Shown piece after piece: positions 62,519 to 64,000 of a DNA stretch of 64,000 nucleotides; the first letter of the stretch is position 1, and each line of letters starts with the position of its first letter. The stretch is from Octopus sinensis. Its lineage: Eukaryota. Both the position numbers and the translations under genes were made by a program. The stretch covers positions 205,654,001 to 205,718,000 of the forward strand of contig NC_042997.1 in assembly GCF_006345805.1 (NCBI RefSeq). The letters are read 5' to 3'. The notes under the pieces were generated by a model that was not told the origin of the DNA, searched no databases, and was given only the letters and a program-made list of their open reading frames with translations.

Positions 62519-62746
62519 CTTTGCTATTTCTCTGTCTTCTTCAGGTAAAACCACAAAGTAAACATCTTTGATCTGGCTTGAATTTTGATCTGAGTAGTTT
62601 TTCACTGCTTCATACATTGTTCTGGGTAGTTTTCCAATGGGGTATTTCATTTCAGCCCCTAATATAGGAAATGCCAGGCTTTTTGCTCCCATTCTCTCAG
62701 CAGTTTCCAGACAAGTGGTTATTACTTGAGTCAAGTTTGCCAGAAT
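62519..62746 (-). CDS. Macrodomain module 3, exon C
   Basis: AG/GT bounded, 228 nt; nearly identical to module 2 exon C. Confidence 0.88.
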
Positions 62747-63344
62747 CTAAAAAAAATAATTGTTTAGTAATTGATAATGAACATTTTATTAAATTATTTT
62801 CCAATTACAGGAAGAAACCATTAAGTTGTAATAAATATATCCTCCTCTCACTCTTACCACTTCTAAACACATCTGTCATTCCTATCACTCTTTCGTCCTG
62901 CAAGAGACAAGGCAACCTCACTCATGATGCTGCTACAATAAAACAGACCCCATCCACCGTGTAAAATGGTTGGTGAATGAAGAGAGACAATGCAGACCCA
63001 AGAGGAGTCTTTAGTGTTGTTGAGGACATGACAACCTCTCTAGTGCTCGTGCCATGACAGAGAAAAACTCACCAATACAGACAGTAAAACACAGAAATAT
63101 GTTTTAATATAGTCTTATTTATCAGTCACATAACTGTTGTTAGGCCATGAGGCTTTTTTCCTTCTATTTATATATAAAAGTGTCCTGTTCATCGATATCT
63201 TCTGCTTCCTTCCAATGATAACTTGGAAGAACAAATATTAAACAGGATGCTGACATTTGCTTTATGATTCTCACACAACATGCATAAGGTTCCCTTCAAA
63301 CATTAACTGTTTCAATAAATCAATATAATATGATTGATACTTAC

Positions 63345-63572
63345 TGAATCAGAGGAATATTCATTCCAGTAAGGTAATGCCAGATGAAATACATTCTTAC
63401 AGTTGAGCTTATATGCTTTAGTGATGGCAATTTCAGATGTAGAAATACTTCGACGAAATTTCTGGTTACATTCATCTTGTATCTGTGGACCAGCAGCATT
63501 GAGAATAGATTTGGAGATAGCACCAATGTTAAGCCGGAGGCTTCTATTGGTGCTGTTAACGATGACATCAAC
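63345..63572 (-). CDS. Macrodomain module 3, exon B
   Basis: AG/GT bounded, 228 nt, open; VDVIVNSTNRSLRLNIGAISKSILNAAGPQIQDEC... Confidence 0.9.
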
Positions 63573-63849
63573 CTAGAAAAGTAATTAATGGTAAACAGCA
63601 AAGGAACATTCCATGGAGAGAAAAGAGATACATTGTTGCAGTTGATATTGTTGTTAAGAAAGGCTCTTTCAGAATGGCTGTAGTAAGTTTGAGGTTGTTA
63701 AAGTTAGCAAAAGATATACTCAAGATATCAGATGTGAAGGAAATGTTTGAGTTTGATTGAGAAAATGTTTTAATTAACTGTAATGATACCTCATTTGGGA
63801 ATGAAATAACAATTAAACGTAAATATGTTAAGTGAATCTATTTACTCAC

Positions 63850-63986
63850 AGATGCATTAGAAATTGAATCAGTCGATAGTTGTATTTTGATGCCAGCATT
63901 TTCTCTGGATGTCTCATTAGTTCTGGGTGCCACAGAAGAGATTTCCTTTTGCGAAACATGAAGAGATGTTTTTGATGATGTGGTGT
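63850..63986 (-). CDS. Macrodomain module 3, exon A
   Basis: AG/GT bounded, 137 nt. Confidence 0.85.
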
Positions 63987-64000
63987 CTGAAAAAAATAAA

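Larger units (their letters stand above)
26130..64000. repeat. Tandem segmental duplication: unit 1 ~26130-37150, unit 2 ~37150-62430, unit 3 from ~62430 onward
   Basis: Collinear near-identical intron and TE sequence at an offset of ~11.02 kb; unit 2 is lengthened by insertions. Confidence 0.95.

Overview
Repeat-rich eukaryotic genomic DNA. The RTE/CR1 LINEs, tRNA-SINEs and microsatellites look like a cephalopod, probably Octopus; this is an inference. Positions 1-26 kb are almost entirely nested transposons: a near-intact RTE LINE, CR1-like LINEs, Tc1, mariner, DD37D-type elements, Penelope remnants and SINEs. Positions 26-64 kb hold part of a minus-strand spliced gene made of tandem ~11-kb segmental duplications. 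Each unit carries a three-exon (137/228/228 nt) PARP14/15-type macrodomain module, and three modules are visible. Exon B differs between copies almost only at non-synonymous sites while neighbouring introns are nearly identical. Two copies have lost the Gly of the ADP-ribose-binding loop. The middle unit has grown to ~25 kb through a young intact CR1-like LINE and an 88-bp satellite present in ~89 copies versus ~5 in unit 1. That LINE's ORF1 ends on a G_GGA_AAC slippery site in register with an AUG-less ORF2. All alignments and counts were done by eye.
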